Shown: positions 1 to 8,515, counted from the stretch's first letter. The stretch: DNA of 45,799 nt from an uncultured Clostridia bacterium (GCA_944393585.1 CALYAR010000146.1:1-45799); one strand, 5' to 3'. The notes: generated from the letters alone by a model not told the origin. Made by a program: numbers and translations.

Positions 1-1837
1 CGTCGATGGTTTGCTGTGCAGTCGGATCACCCAGTTTTTCTATGACTTCTTCACGGGAAGCATTGTCCTCCAGTCCAATGTTAAAGAGCAGCTCGCTTCC
101 GCCGTTCGCGTCAAAGCGGTAAACACCGGACAGCCCATGTTCGATCGCTTCGGGGGAATTCAGGTAAAAGCTTACGTTGTACCCGGGAATCACTTGTACT
201 GTGCCGTCTTCCCCGGTTTGAGTCACTTCTCCAAGATTATTGTAAATCAGTACGGTAGAGCCATCATCATTGGTCACAATTTCATTGGGATCCCCGTTGC
301 GGTAGATGACATACTCCTGATCCACGCCCCAGCGGCAGCGGTTAAAGTGAGCAAACTCTTCATCCACCTTGTGATTGGCCTTGAGCACTTTTGTAAGCTG
401 GCTGAGATCCGCGGCTAACTGATCCAAATCGCCGAATTTCTGTGTCATTTCTTCTCTGGTATAAATCTTCCGGTTTAACATATCTTCATTTTGACTGGTA
501 ATATCCTCTTTGGAAGGCGCCATGACAAATTCAATCCGGTCGGCATTTTGGATGAAGCACATCAGCAGAAGCGCATTATTCTCTGAATCGCTGCTGCGGA
601 AAGGAATATGCCCGATCATACCGTCTTTCCATACATAATAGACCGTCAAGCCGTAGGGTTCTTCCGCTGTATGGAGTTCAAAATGGTCCATATCGTAAAA
701 TCCGCTGTAATCGTCGTCAAGCAGCGAGATCAAAGCCCCGACTTTCGCATTGTCGCCGACATAATTTGTCTGATTTTCCTGCATTTGCTGCAAATTTTGG
801 GGTGCTAGTTCGATTGGCAGGGGTTTTCCTGTTGTGAGCAGGATAAAGGACAAAAACAGAAGCAGAACCCCGCCCGCAATGGAAGAATACAATTTGGTGC
901 TTTTTTGTCTCATAATGTTTCGAATCCTTTCTTTTAAAAATCGTTTTTCTGCAAATAACGCCGCTCCTGGGGGTAAAACCTGTATGCCGGCTGCTGTATT
1001 TACCACTGCTTCTGCATATCCGCGCTTTTCCGCCTGTGAGCAGTTTTTTACTACGCCTTCGTCGCAAAGCATTTCCATGTCCTGTTTCAACAGAAAAAAT
1101 GCAAGCCATACGGCAGGATTAAACCAATAAACCGCTTTTAAAAGATACAAAATGATATTGCATACTGCGTGTTTCTTTTTGATATGTACCAGCTCGTGAG
1201 CGATGACAGCCGTCAATTCCGCTTCGTTAGCACGTTCTGCCATACCGCGCGGCAATACGATCTTAGGACGGAAAACTCCGAACAAAAAGGGCGAGGAATA
1301 GGCGTCTGTCGGCCACAAACGCACCCTTCCCTTCGAAAGGTACTTTTCCCTGTTCTCGGCAAAGCACTGCTTTGCTTCCGGGAATTCTCCGCTTGCCGGA
1401 CGGCGAAGCCGAAAAGCCGTAACACAGTAGGTCAAGATAAAAAACAAAAGCATGATCCCAATTCCTGCAACCCAAAACCAGGTAAAAAACAGCTGCCAGG
1501 ACCACTGCGGATTGGCAGCTTCCGGTTCCGGCACAGAAATCGAATCAGAATCCTTTGCTTCCGCATTCGGAAATTCAGCATCGGTGCCTGCTTCAGACGG
1601 GAGGGAAAATGTACTTTGAACCGTCTCTTCTGCCGGCTGGGACACATAGGAAAACAGGCTGACTGGGCTCGGAATTTCAAACGGAAGCAGAAGCCGGAGA
1701 ACCAGAATCATCCAGGCAGCGCATCGAAACCGCGCCGACAGGCGAACTCCTGCCGCTGTGCGGACAATCCAGATCACCGCTGTAATCATAGCAGCACAGA
1801 AACTGATTCTTACAATCTCCAAAAAAATTCCACTCAT
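1..1837 (-). CDS. BlaR1-family M56 zinc metallopeptidase/signal transducer fused in frame to a DUF4825-like C-terminal domain; the 3' end runs off the left window edge
   Basis: Not in the ORF track because it has no stop in the window. Hand translation from ATG 1837-1835 (GGGGGA RBS 9 nt upstream) gives MSGIFLEIVRISFCAAMITAVIWIV... with hydrophobic TM segments. An HELVH zinc motif sits at nt 1184-1198, followed by YWFNPAVW. The frame stays open through M309 (nt 913) into MRQKSTKLYSSIAGGVLLLFLSFILL...NYVGDNAKVGALISLLDDDYSG (DUF4825-like signature), and the last 19 codons, translated separately, are also open to nt 2. Openness of nt ~60-700 between these two hand-translated stretches is inferred from the absence of a competing convincing ORF, not checked codon by codon. 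It lies 21 nt downstream of blaI. Confidence 0.8.
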   Translation of the reverse strand, partial: MSGIFLEIVRISFCAAMITAVIWIVRTAAGVRLSARFRCAAWMILVLRLLLPFEIPSPVSLFSYVSQPAEETVQSTFSLPSEAGTDAEFPNAEAKDSDSISVPEPEAANPQWSWQLFFTWFWVAGIGIMLLFFILTYCVTAFRLRRPASGEFPEAKQCFAENREKYLSKGRVRLWPTDAYSSPFLFGVFRPKIVLPRGMAERANEAELTAVIAHELVHIKKKHAVCNIILYLLKAVYWFNPAVWLAFFLLKQDMEMLCDEGVVKNCSQAEKRGYAEAVVNTAAGIQVLPPGAALFAEKRFLKERIRNIMRQKSTKLYSSIAGGVLLLFLSFILLTTGKPLPIELAPQNLQQMQENQTNYVGDNAKVGALISLLDDDYSGFYDMDHFELHTAEEPYGLTVYYVWKDGMIGHIPFRSSDSENNALLLMCFIQNADRIEFVMAPSKEDITSQNEDMLNRKIYTREEMTQKFGDLDQLAADLSQLTKVLKANHKVDEEFAHFNRCRWGVDQEYVIYRNGDPNEIVTNDDGSTVLIYNNLGEVTQTGEDGTVQVIPGYNVSFYLNSPEAIEHGLSGVYRFDANGGSELLFNIGLEDNASREEVIEKLGDPTAQQTID

Positions 1838-1858
1838 CTTTTGTTTCCCCCTGCATCG

Positions 1859-2248
1859 TCATTGCCTTTTGCTCTGCTTTTCTGCCTCATCTAAGATATC
1901 CCGAAGCTGTTTGATGTCTTCCGGCGTCAAATTTCTCCCCTGCGCAAATTGGGAAAACAAGGCCCGAAAAGACCCATGGTATACCCGCTGTAAAAATGTC
2001 TCGGTCTTTGCCGCCTGCACCTCTTCGCGGCGGCAGGCCGGAATGCAGAGGAAGCCGGGTTCCTTCCGTTTTAACACTCCTTTTGCTATCAGCCGCTTTA
2101 AAAAGGTATAGGTCGTATTTTTACTGTAGCCGCCGTTTTCCTTTTGTAAAAAGTACGCGGCAATCTCCTGCGCGCTGATCGCACCGCTGTGCCAGATCAC
2201 CTCCATAATTTCCAGCTCGCGGTCGGTTATTTCGGGTAATTGTTTCAT
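1859..2248 (-). CDS. BlaI/MecI/CopY-family winged-helix transcriptional repressor
   Basis: 129 aa. The N-terminus ITDRELEIMEVIWHSGAISAQEIAAY...TTYTFLKRLIAKGVL is typical of the penicillinase-repressor family. It sits directly upstream of the M56 peptidase gene. Confidence 0.9.
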   Translation of the reverse strand: MKQLPEITDRELEIMEVIWHSGAISAQEIAAYFLQKENGGYSKNTTYTFLKRLIAKGVLKRKEPGFLCIPACRREEVQAAKTETFLQRVYHGSFRALFSQFAQGRNLTPEDIKQLRDILDEAEKQSKRQ

Positions 2249-2259
2249 ATTGTCACCTC

Positions 2260-2317
2260 ATACTAATGCATTCGTATCGATCAATTTCATACTAACACTT
2301 TAGTATAGAGTTGTCAA
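2260..2317 (-). promoter_or_regulatory. Putative sigmaA promoter of the blaI-like operon with two dyad operators
   Basis: On the minus strand: TTGACA (2317-2312), 17 nt, TAGTAT (2294-2289). There are two 18-bp dyads, ATACTAATGCATTCGTAT (2260-2277) and ATACTAACACTTTAGTAT (2289-2306), 29 bp apart. One overlaps the -10 and one lies in the leader. Confidence 0.55.
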
Positions 2318-2542
2318 TAGGAAAAAATATTATATTTTTGTTACGATGTCTGTCGATATTGATTAAAAAATGATTCGATTAAAATACAACATGCTTTTTG
2401 CATAATTTCAAAAAAATCTGCTTGCAGAACCGTTTTGAACCGGTGTCAAAATGCGGATTTTTGCTGCTTTAAAAGCTTCGCCGGAATACAAAGTAAATCA
2501 ATCAGCGCCAAAATCTGATCAAAAGGCTGGAACAAACGAATA

Positions 2543-2571
2543 GCAGCGCAATGCACGTTGCATTGCGCTGC
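2543..2571 (-). terminator. Hairpin terminator after prmC
   Basis: The perfect inverted repeat GCAGCGCAATGCA/TGCATTGCGCTGC begins 6 nt after the prmC stop. The downstream T tract is weak (TATTCGTTTGTT). Confidence 0.5.
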
Positions 2572-2577
2572 AAAAAT

Positions 2578-3432
2578 TTATGATCTGCGAGCAGAAACAA
2601 CTCGCGGACGTCCGGCCAGATCATGCCGGACGCTGATTTCGTTCCATCCGTCGTTTTTCAGAATTTCAACAACTGCCCGCTCCTGTTCGCATCCGATTTC
2701 GAGAAAAAGCACTCCCCTCTTTTTTAAAAACTTTGGTGTAATCAGACTGATCCGGCGGTAAAAATCCAGGCCGTCCTTTTCATCGGTTAAAGCTCCCCGC
2801 GGCTCATAGTCCCGCACATCTGGTTCCAGCCCGGCCAAAACATCCGGCGGAATATAGGGGGGATTGGATAAAACCATATCATAGCTTCCCTCCGGAATCT
2901 CCTTCATGATATCGCAGTTCCAGAATCGGCAGCGTTGTGCAACCTGGCAGCGCTGCGCATTTTTTTCCGCCGTCTGCAAAGCCGCGTCGGATATGTCTAT
3001 TCCTGATACAACCGCTTGTTCCCAATACTTTGCCATGCTGACGGCAATCGCCCCCGATCCGGTACCAATGTCCAATACGCGGGCGGCCTGGTTCTCAAAA
3101 TCTTGTTTCAGGCAGTCCAGCGCCGCTTCCACCAAGCATTCTGTATCGCCGCGGGGAATCAGCACATGAGGATTCACCACAAAGGATAGCCCCATAAACT
3201 CTTTTTCCCCCAGCAAATATGCAACTGGAACATGAGCAGCACGCTGCTGTATCAGCTTCGTCAAACGGCCGTATTCTTCCAAATTCGGTTCATACTGCGG
3301 GTATCGGGCGGCAAACAGCGCGCCTTTTCCCATCACAAAATCGATTAGTATCCTCACATCTGTCGGAGCATCGGGTATTCCTGCCTCCCGCAGTTGAGTG
3401 CAGCAGTCGGCAAACAGCTTACGCATTACCAT
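2578..3432 (-). CDS. prmC: Peptide chain release factor N5-glutamine methyltransferase
   Basis: 284 aa. It has the SAM-binding motif VLDIGTGSGAIA and the catalytic motif NPPY (VLSNPPYIP). The HemK/PrmC layout and the position after a DUF1385 gene are typical of Firmicutes. Confidence 0.9.
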   Translation of the reverse strand: MVMRKLFADCCTQLREAGIPDAPTDVRILIDFVMGKGALFAARYPQYEPNLEEYGRLTKLIQQRAAHVPVAYLLGEKEFMGLSFVVNPHVLIPRGDTECLVEAALDCLKQDFENQAARVLDIGTGSGAIAVSMAKYWEQAVVSGIDISDAALQTAEKNAQRCQVAQRCRFWNCDIMKEIPEGSYDMVLSNPPYIPPDVLAGLEPDVRDYEPRGALTDEKDGLDFYRRISLITPKFLKKRGVLFLEIGCEQERAVVEILKNDGWNEISVRHDLAGRPRVVSARRS

Positions 3433-4436
3433 TTGTCGTCCTCTCTGTTTTCAGGAATTACGGCGTTCATTGATGCAATCGCCACTTCTATTTGCTTCTC
3501 ATTGGGTTCATTGGTTGTAAGCCTCTGCATCCAAAGTCCCGGTTTGGTGAGCAAAGCAACGCATTTATTTTTGCTTCTGCCGGCCAACTTGATAAACTCA
3601 TATGAAATTCCAGCAACAACGGGCAAAAGCAACAGGCGCAGTCCCATCCGTATCCATACATTTGACCAGGTAATAAAAGAGAACAGAATAATACTCACTA
3701 CCATAACAATCAAAAGAAAACTGGTTCCGCAGCGCGGATGAAACCGCGACTGCTTTTTTACATTCTCCACGGTCAATGGAAGCCCTGCTTCATAGCAAAA
3801 AATCGTTTTATGTTCTGCTCCGTGATAGCAAAATACGGTTTTGATCTCATCCATTCTGGAAACCAGAAAAAGATAAGTCAAAAATATAATCATCCGCAAA
3901 ATTCCTTCAAACAGATTCGCAAAAATTGCATTGTCCACAAAAGCAGAACTCGTCGCTGCAAACCCAGCGGGAAACTGAATGAAAGTACGGTTGGAAAATA
4001 TCTCGCGTATCAGCCCGGATAAGGCGGTGGGAAGCAGAATGAACATTCCAATTCCCAGAGCAAGCGCTACAACTACCGAAAAATAGATTAAATAGGTTTT
4101 CAGCTTATCGCCGCATACCTTTTCCAAAAATTTCTCAAAACGAGAGGGCTCTTCGCCTTCTTCCTCTTCTAACCCCGCCGCTTCAGCCGAAAACATAAGC
4201 GATTTCACGCCGGTCACCATACTGTCTATAAAAGCGAACACGCCGCGTACGACTGGAATTTTATCCAGTTTATGCCGTTTTACAAAAGACGACGTATCCT
4301 TTATATCAACCAAAATTTCATCATCCTGCTGGCGAACGGCAATAGCCGTTTTAAACGGCCCGCGCATCATCACACCTTCGATAACTGCCTGTCCGCCAAT
4401 CGATGTGATATGTTCTTTTTTTTCCAGATTCCCCAT
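3426..4436 (-). CDS. DUF1385 (YqhQ-like) membrane protein
   Basis: The ORF is open to 4466, but AGGAAGG 9 nt before the ATG at 4436 favours MGNLEKKEH... as the start. The motif GGQAVIEGVMMRG and multiple TM segments match the DUF1385 family. It overlaps prmC by 7 nt. Confidence 0.8.
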   Translation of the reverse strand: MGNLEKKEHITSIGGQAVIEGVMMRGPFKTAIAVRQQDDEILVDIKDTSSFVKRHKLDKIPVVRGVFAFIDSMVTGVKSLMFSAEAAGLEEEEGEEPSRFEKFLEKVCGDKLKTYLIYFSVVVALALGIGMFILLPTALSGLIREIFSNRTFIQFPAGFAATSSAFVDNAIFANLFEGILRMIIFLTYLFLVSRMDEIKTVFCYHGAEHKTIFCYEAGLPLTVENVKKQSRFHPRCGTSFLLIVMVVSIILFSFITWSNVWIRMGLRLLLLPVVAGISYEFIKLAGRSKNKCVALLTKPGLWMQRLTTNEPNEKQIEVAIASMNAVIPENREDDKW

Positions 4437-4564
4437 TTTGCACATCCTTCCTAACAGCCAAAACAAAATGCTCCAGCTAATTTCATCTTATCAAATTAAG
4501 CATGAAAGCACAAGATAAAATTTGTAAATTTTCTTTTTTGGAACTGCATCCAGAATTGGGCATC

Positions 4565-4592
4565 TTGACATTTTTCCTATTTCTGTTATACT
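4565..4592 (+). promoter_or_regulatory. sigmaA-type promoter of ssrA
   Basis: TTGACA (4565-4570), 16 nt, TATACT (4587-4592) with an upstream TG (extended -10). This lies about 20 nt upstream of the mature tmRNA 5' end. Confidence 0.6.
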
Positions 4593-4611
4593 AAAATATA
4601 CTCTATCATCT

Positions 4612-4957
4612 GGGGGCGCAATGGTTTCGACTGGGATGATGAACTACGAATAGCGGGTAGAGCTGGGTAACTCTGAAACTTCCCAATTAAAAATAAAAGC
4701 TAACAATAATAGAGTAGCAGTAGCTGCCTAATTAGGCGCTCATCCTGTCCGGAAGGACTGCGAGCCGGATTTGGGTGTCAAAACAGCAGTGCACGTGACC
4801 ATGCAAAGCTTTGCGCATGGCATGACAAATGAAGCTACCGGACGGCGGAGGTTGTTTGTGAACTCCGCCGCGAGGGAATCCTGATCACAAACTGCACCCG
4901 GAGAAGTTCGTACGGACTTGTTTCAGGACGCGGGTTCGACTCCCGCCGCCTCCACCA
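4612..4957 (+). ncRNA. ssrA: Transfer-messenger RNA (tmRNA)
   Basis: The 5' end is GGGGGCGCAATGGTTTCGAC. The 3' end is GGACGCGGGTTCGACTCCCGCCGCCTCCACCA, a T-arm plus encoded CCA. The acceptor stem carries the G3:U wobble. The internal tag frame GCT AAC AAT AAT AGA GTA GCA GTA GCT GCC TAA occupies 4699-4731. Confidence 0.95.
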
Positions 4958-4963
4958 AATACG

Positions 4964-4990
4964 AAAAACCGCCATAGGGGCGGCTTTTTT
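4964..4990 (+). terminator. Rho-independent terminator of ssrA
   Basis: AAAAACCGCC-ATAGG-GGCGGC stem-loop followed by TTTTTT. Confidence 0.8.
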
Positions 4991-5116
4991 GTTTTCTTAC
5001 ACGATTTTTACACGAATGTCATTTCACCTGCCTATTTATTAGAAATTTTTATTCCCGATATCTTACCCCAAGAAGATATTTTTTAATTTATCCATTCTCA
5101 GCATTTAAAATTTTAT

Positions 5117-5163
5117 TTAGCTGCTAAACAATACTTGACATAGCAGCCAAGCAGATTTATAAT
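5117..5163 (+). promoter_or_regulatory. Consensus sigmaA promoter with a flanking inverted repeat (candidate MarR operator)
   Basis: TTGACA (5135-5140), 17 nt, TATAAT (5158-5163). The inverted repeat TTAGCTGCTA (5117-5126) / TAGCAGCCAA (5141-5150) brackets the -35. Confidence 0.6.
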
Positions 5164-5196
5164 ATAGACAAATCCAAAAGAAATGAGGTCTGCAAC

Positions 5197-5718
5197 ATGC
5201 AATGTGAATTTGCCCGACAATTTTTTGAAATGTTGGCCGCAGTCACTGCTGTGCAAAAAGCACCTCGGACTTATTGCGGCGGCCAAACATTATATCATGC
5301 TGAAATCGACCTTTTAAAAAAAATCGATGAAAATCCAACTGCAAATGTCAGCATGCTTTCAGAAAAGTCCGGCGTTACCAAAAGCGCCGTAACGCAAATG
5401 AGCGGAAAGCTGTTAAACAAGGGGTTCATTGAACAATATCAAGATCCTAAGAATAAAAAGGAAAAGTATTTCCGTTTGACGCAGGAGGGTCAGCGGGTTT
5501 GCAGGGAACATGCTGAATGCAACAAAAATGCGGCCGGTGAAATGTGCAGCTATCTCTCTTCTCTGAGTGAAAGAGATAAAAATACCATTTTGGAATTTAT
5601 GAAGAGGATGACACAGTATATGCCGATTTGTTCATTTCTTTGCGAATGTGACCAAAAGGGGAATACTTGTTTTCAAACAACAGAAAAAGAAGGGACGGAA
5701 GAATCATGCTGGAATTAA
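5197..5718 (+). CDS. MarR-family transcriptional regulator with a Cys-rich C-terminal extension
   Basis: 173 aa. The winged HTH is VSMLSEKSGVTKSAVTQMSGKLLNKGFIEQYQDPKNKKEKYFRLTQEG. The C-terminus carries C145-X3-C149-X-C151-X6-C158. A GAGG RBS lies 8 nt upstream. Confidence 0.85.
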   Translation: MQCEFARQFFEMLAAVTAVQKAPRTYCGGQTLYHAEIDLLKKIDENPTANVSMLSEKSGVTKSAVTQMSGKLLNKGFIEQYQDPKNKKEKYFRLTQEGQRVCREHAECNKNAAGEMCSYLSSLSERDKNTILEFMKRMTQYMPICSFLCECDQKGNTCFQTTEKEGTEESCWN

Positions 5719-6476
5719 AAAATATTTCGTTTTCCGTTACCACTGAGGAAGAACGAAAAGAAAAGGGGATTTTAAAAAATATTAATCTAACAGTAGATCA
5801 GGATAGCTTTGTCGTGATAACAGGTCCGAACGGCGGAGGAAAATCCACCCTGGCTAAAATCATCATGGGCATCGAAAAGCCCACCGAAGGGAAAATCCTG
5901 TTTCATGGGAAAGATATTACAAACCTGGATATCAACGAGCGGGCCCAGCTGGGGATTGGTTTTGCTTTTCAGCAGCCGGTCCGGTTTAAAGGGCTTACGG
6001 TGAAAGACCTGCTGTACCTTGCAACCAGAAAAGAGATGAATACGGAAGAGCTGTGCACATATCTTTCCGAAGTAGGGCTCTGTGCGGCAGACTATATCGA
6101 CCGTGAAATTAATGCGAGCCTTTCCGGCGGAGAACTCAAGCGAATTGAAATCGCCATGCTGCGGGCAAGAGGCGTTGAGCTTTCGCTTTTTGATGAACCG
6201 GAGGCAGGAATCGATCTTTGGAGCTTCCAAAATCTGATCCGGGTGTTTGAACAGATCCGGGACGAAAAGCACGGCGCTGTTGTGATAATTTCGCATCAGG
6301 AACGAATTTTGGAGATCGCGGATCAGATCGTAATCATCTCAGACGGTGAAATTGCCGAGAGCGGGACAAAGGAAGAAATCCTGCCCAAATTATTATCCAA
6401 CTCAAGTGCTTGTAAATTTTTCAGAGCGGAGGGAATAAACGATGAAAAGCTTAGTGAACGAGGAACGGCCTGCTAA
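5706..6476 (+). CDS. sufC: SufC-like ABC ATPase (Fe-S cluster assembly)
   Basis: The ORF track starts at 5667, but MLELKNISF at the ATG 5706 is the usual SufC N-terminus. It has Walker A GPNGGGKST, a SufC-type signature LSGGELKRIEI and Walker B LSLFDEPEAGID. It overlaps the marR stop. Confidence 0.85.
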   Translation: MLELKNISFSVTTEEERKEKGILKNINLTVDQDSFVVITGPNGGGKSTLAKIIMGIEKPTEGKILFHGKDITNLDINERAQLGIGFAFQQPVRFKGLTVKDLLYLATRKEMNTEELCTYLSEVGLCAADYIDREINASLSGGELKRIEIAMLRARGVELSLFDEPEAGIDLWSFQNLIRVFEQIRDEKHGAVVIISHQERILEIADQIVIISDGEIAESGTKEEILPKLLSNSSACKFFRAEGINDEKLSERGTAC

Positions 6477-7395
6477 AAGCCCTTCCATCGTAAAAAAAAT
6501 ACTTCATACCATTGCAGACATTTCCGATACCCCAAAAGGCGCGTATAATATTCGCGTAGACGGCAAAAGCATCGGCCGGCAAAGCAGCCGCAACATTGAG
6601 ATCCGGCCGAAAGAAAAAGGGATGGGAATTGAAATTTATGTCAAGCCCGGAACCAAAGGCGAATTTGTCCATATTCCCGTTGTCGTGGACGAAAGCGGCT
6701 TTGCCGACATCGTTTACAATGACTTTTTCATCGGCGAAGACGCCGATGTCGACATTGTAGCCGGCTGCGGCATCCATAATGACGGGACGCACTTATCCCA
6801 GCACGACGGAATCCACACGTTTTACGTGGGAAAAGGGGCAAAAGTGCGGTATGTGGAAAAACATTACGGTGAAGGAAACGGCAGCGGAGAACGGGTTCTC
6901 AATCCAGTGACGGTAGTGCATTTGGACGAGGACAGTTATCTTGAAATGGAAACCGTGCAAATTGAAGGAGTTGACTCTACAAAGCGGGTTACCAAAGGGG
7001 ATCTAAAAGACCGTGCCCAGCTTGTAATCCGCGAAAAGATTATGACCAGCGGAAAACAACATGCTACTACGGAATTTGAAGTGAATTTGAACGGCGTCGA
7101 CTGCAGCGCAAATCTCATTTCCCGCTCTGTGGCAAAGGGGGATTCCTTTCAGGCGTTTTATTCCAAAATTGACGGCAATAACGCCTGCGCCGGGCACTCC
7201 GAATGCGATGCGATTATCATGGATCAAGCGTGTGTCAAAGCTGTGCCGGAAATCACGGCCAACCATGTCGACGCTTCCTTAATCCACGAGGCCGCAATTG
7301 GTAAAATCGCCGGTGAACAAATTACCAAACTAATGACATTGGGACTTTCCCAAAAGGATGCCGAAGCGGAAATTGTCCGCGGATTTTTAAAATAA
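6442..7395 (+). CDS. SufB/SufD-family Fe-S cluster assembly scaffold protein
   Basis: 317 aa. The C-terminal SufBD hallmark is SLIHEAAIGKIAGEQITKLMTLGLSQKDAEAEIVRGFL. A GGAGGG RBS lies 8 nt upstream. It overlaps sufC by 35 nt. Confidence 0.85.
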   Translation: MKSLVNEERPAKSPSIVKKILHTIADISDTPKGAYNIRVDGKSIGRQSSRNIEIRPKEKGMGIEIYVKPGTKGEFVHIPVVVDESGFADIVYNDFFIGEDADVDIVAGCGIHNDGTHLSQHDGIHTFYVGKGAKVRYVEKHYGEGNGSGERVLNPVTVVHLDEDSYLEMETVQIEGVDSTKRVTKGDLKDRAQLVIREKIMTSGKQHATTEFEVNLNGVDCSANLISRSVAKGDSFQAFYSKIDGNNACAGHSECDAIIMDQACVKAVPEITANHVDASLIHEAAIGKIAGEQITKLMTLGLSQKDAEAEIVRGFLK

Positions 7396-7597
7396 ACTCA
7401 TACTTACTGCCAATGTATAAATTATAGTGCCGCACAAGCAGCAATGTGCTATTTGCTCAGACGGCCTACCAATGAAAATACAATTCATTATTTCTCTTAA
7501 TATGGTAAAAGGGCGGGCGTAAACTATTTAATCATGAGGCGCATGGCCTCACGCAAGAAACAAACTGATTTAGAAAGGATGCTTTTCTACCGGCCAT

Positions 7598-7640
7598 AAT
7601 ACAAAGAGCAAAAAGCTAATTGCTTTTTGCTCTTTGTATT
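7598..7640 (+). terminator. Long perfect hairpin, probable terminator of the marR-sufCB transcript
   Basis: AATACAAAGAGCAAAAAGC / GCTTTTTGCTCTTTGTATT form a roughly 19-bp stem with a T-rich 3' arm. It lies about 200 nt downstream of the sufBD stop. Confidence 0.5.
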
Positions 7641-7673
7641 GGTGTTTGGAAAACCATTCATACGCTTTTTCAG

Positions 7674-7702
7674 AAAAAAGCTGCCGGATGCTGATCCGGC
7701 AG
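7674..7702 (-). terminator. Rho-independent terminator of the tepA-like gene
   Basis: On the minus strand, CTGCCGGA-TCAGCA-TCCGGCAG is followed by TTTTTT, about 60 nt after the stop at 7763. Confidence 0.7.
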
Positions 7703-7762
7703 TTTCGCTGTCTATCCGAGAAGTCACGCTGCGCTCGGAGATAATAAGCTGGCTGTCACAAC

Positions 7763-8515
7763 CTATTTTTTCGATTTGGACGGTTTATTCTTTTTTGATT
7801 TTTCTTTTTCCCTCTTTTTCTCGATGAGCGAATAGAGCTTTTCATAAGCGTCATGAATGCCGCCGCAGGCATCAATCAATCCGCATTCTACCGCTTCTTC
7901 GCCGAACAGAATGGTTCCGACGTCGTTTGCCATTTCACCGGTTTTCAGCATTAATTTTTTAAAATCCTCCGCTTTCATTTTGGAATTTTCCTCAACAAAG
8001 CGGGAAATCCTCCGCTGCATTTTGTCGAAATACTCAAATGTCTGAATTACGCCGATGACAAGACCGTTCATTCGGATGGGGTGAACCGTCATAGTGGCAG
8101 TCGGAGAGATAAAGGAGTAGTCGGCAGACACTGCCAGCGGCACCCCAATGCTATGCCCTCCGCCCAGTACCATACTAACGGTTGGCTTCGACATTCCCGC
8201 AATCATTTCTGAGATTGCAAGTCCCGCCTCTACATCGCCTCCAACAGTGTTGAGCAAAAAGAGGATTCCATCTGTTTTTTCATCCTGTTCGAGCAGGGCT
8301 AGCTGCGGCAGAAGATGTTCGTACTTTGTCGTTTTGTTCTGGCCGCCCAGTACCATATGTCCTTCAATCTGTCCTACAATGGTCACGCAGTGGATGTTGC
8401 CGCGTTTATTCTGTACGACAGCCTGTCCGTAATCCGATACCAGATCGGAATCAGATGGAGATTCATCTTCATTCTTATCGTTTTCTACCTTTTGGGGTTC
8501 CTGATCCTGATTCAT
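7763..8515 (-). CDS. tepA: TepA-like ClpP/crotonase-fold protease homologue
   Basis: 250 aa. [33 protein letters not shown]...[39 protein letters not shown] closely matches the Bacillus subtilis TepA pattern as I recall it. Confidence 0.85.
   Translation of the reverse strand: MNQDQEPQKVENDKNEDESPSDSDLVSDYGQAVVQNKRGNIHCVTIVGQIEGHMVLGGQNKTTKYEHLLPQLALLEQDEKTDGILFLLNTVGGDVEAGLAISEMIAGMSKPTVSMVLGGGHSIGVPLAVSADYSFISPTATMTVHPIRMNGLVIGVIQTFEYFDKMQRRISRFVEENSKMKAEDFKKLMLKTGEMANDVGTILFGEEAVECGLIDACGGIHDAYEKLYSLIEKKREKEKSKKNKPSKSKK

Noticed and set aside
11-1894. Plus-strand and off-frame ORFs in the track (11-418, 608-808, 834-1130, 1169-1894, and the minus-strand ORFs 717-1109, 1213-1425, 1263-1505, 1432-1680, 1677-1862)
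   Set aside because: All overlap the long open minus-strand frame encoding the M56/DUF4825 protein. Their translations are Arg/Cys/Ser-rich junk with no motifs, so they are shadow ORFs.
4958-5196. Genomic island integrated at the tmRNA 3' end
   Set aside because: I saw no integrase gene and no direct repeat of the ssrA 3' terminus downstream in the window. The next genes are a housekeeping-type Fe-S operon with its own consensus promoter.
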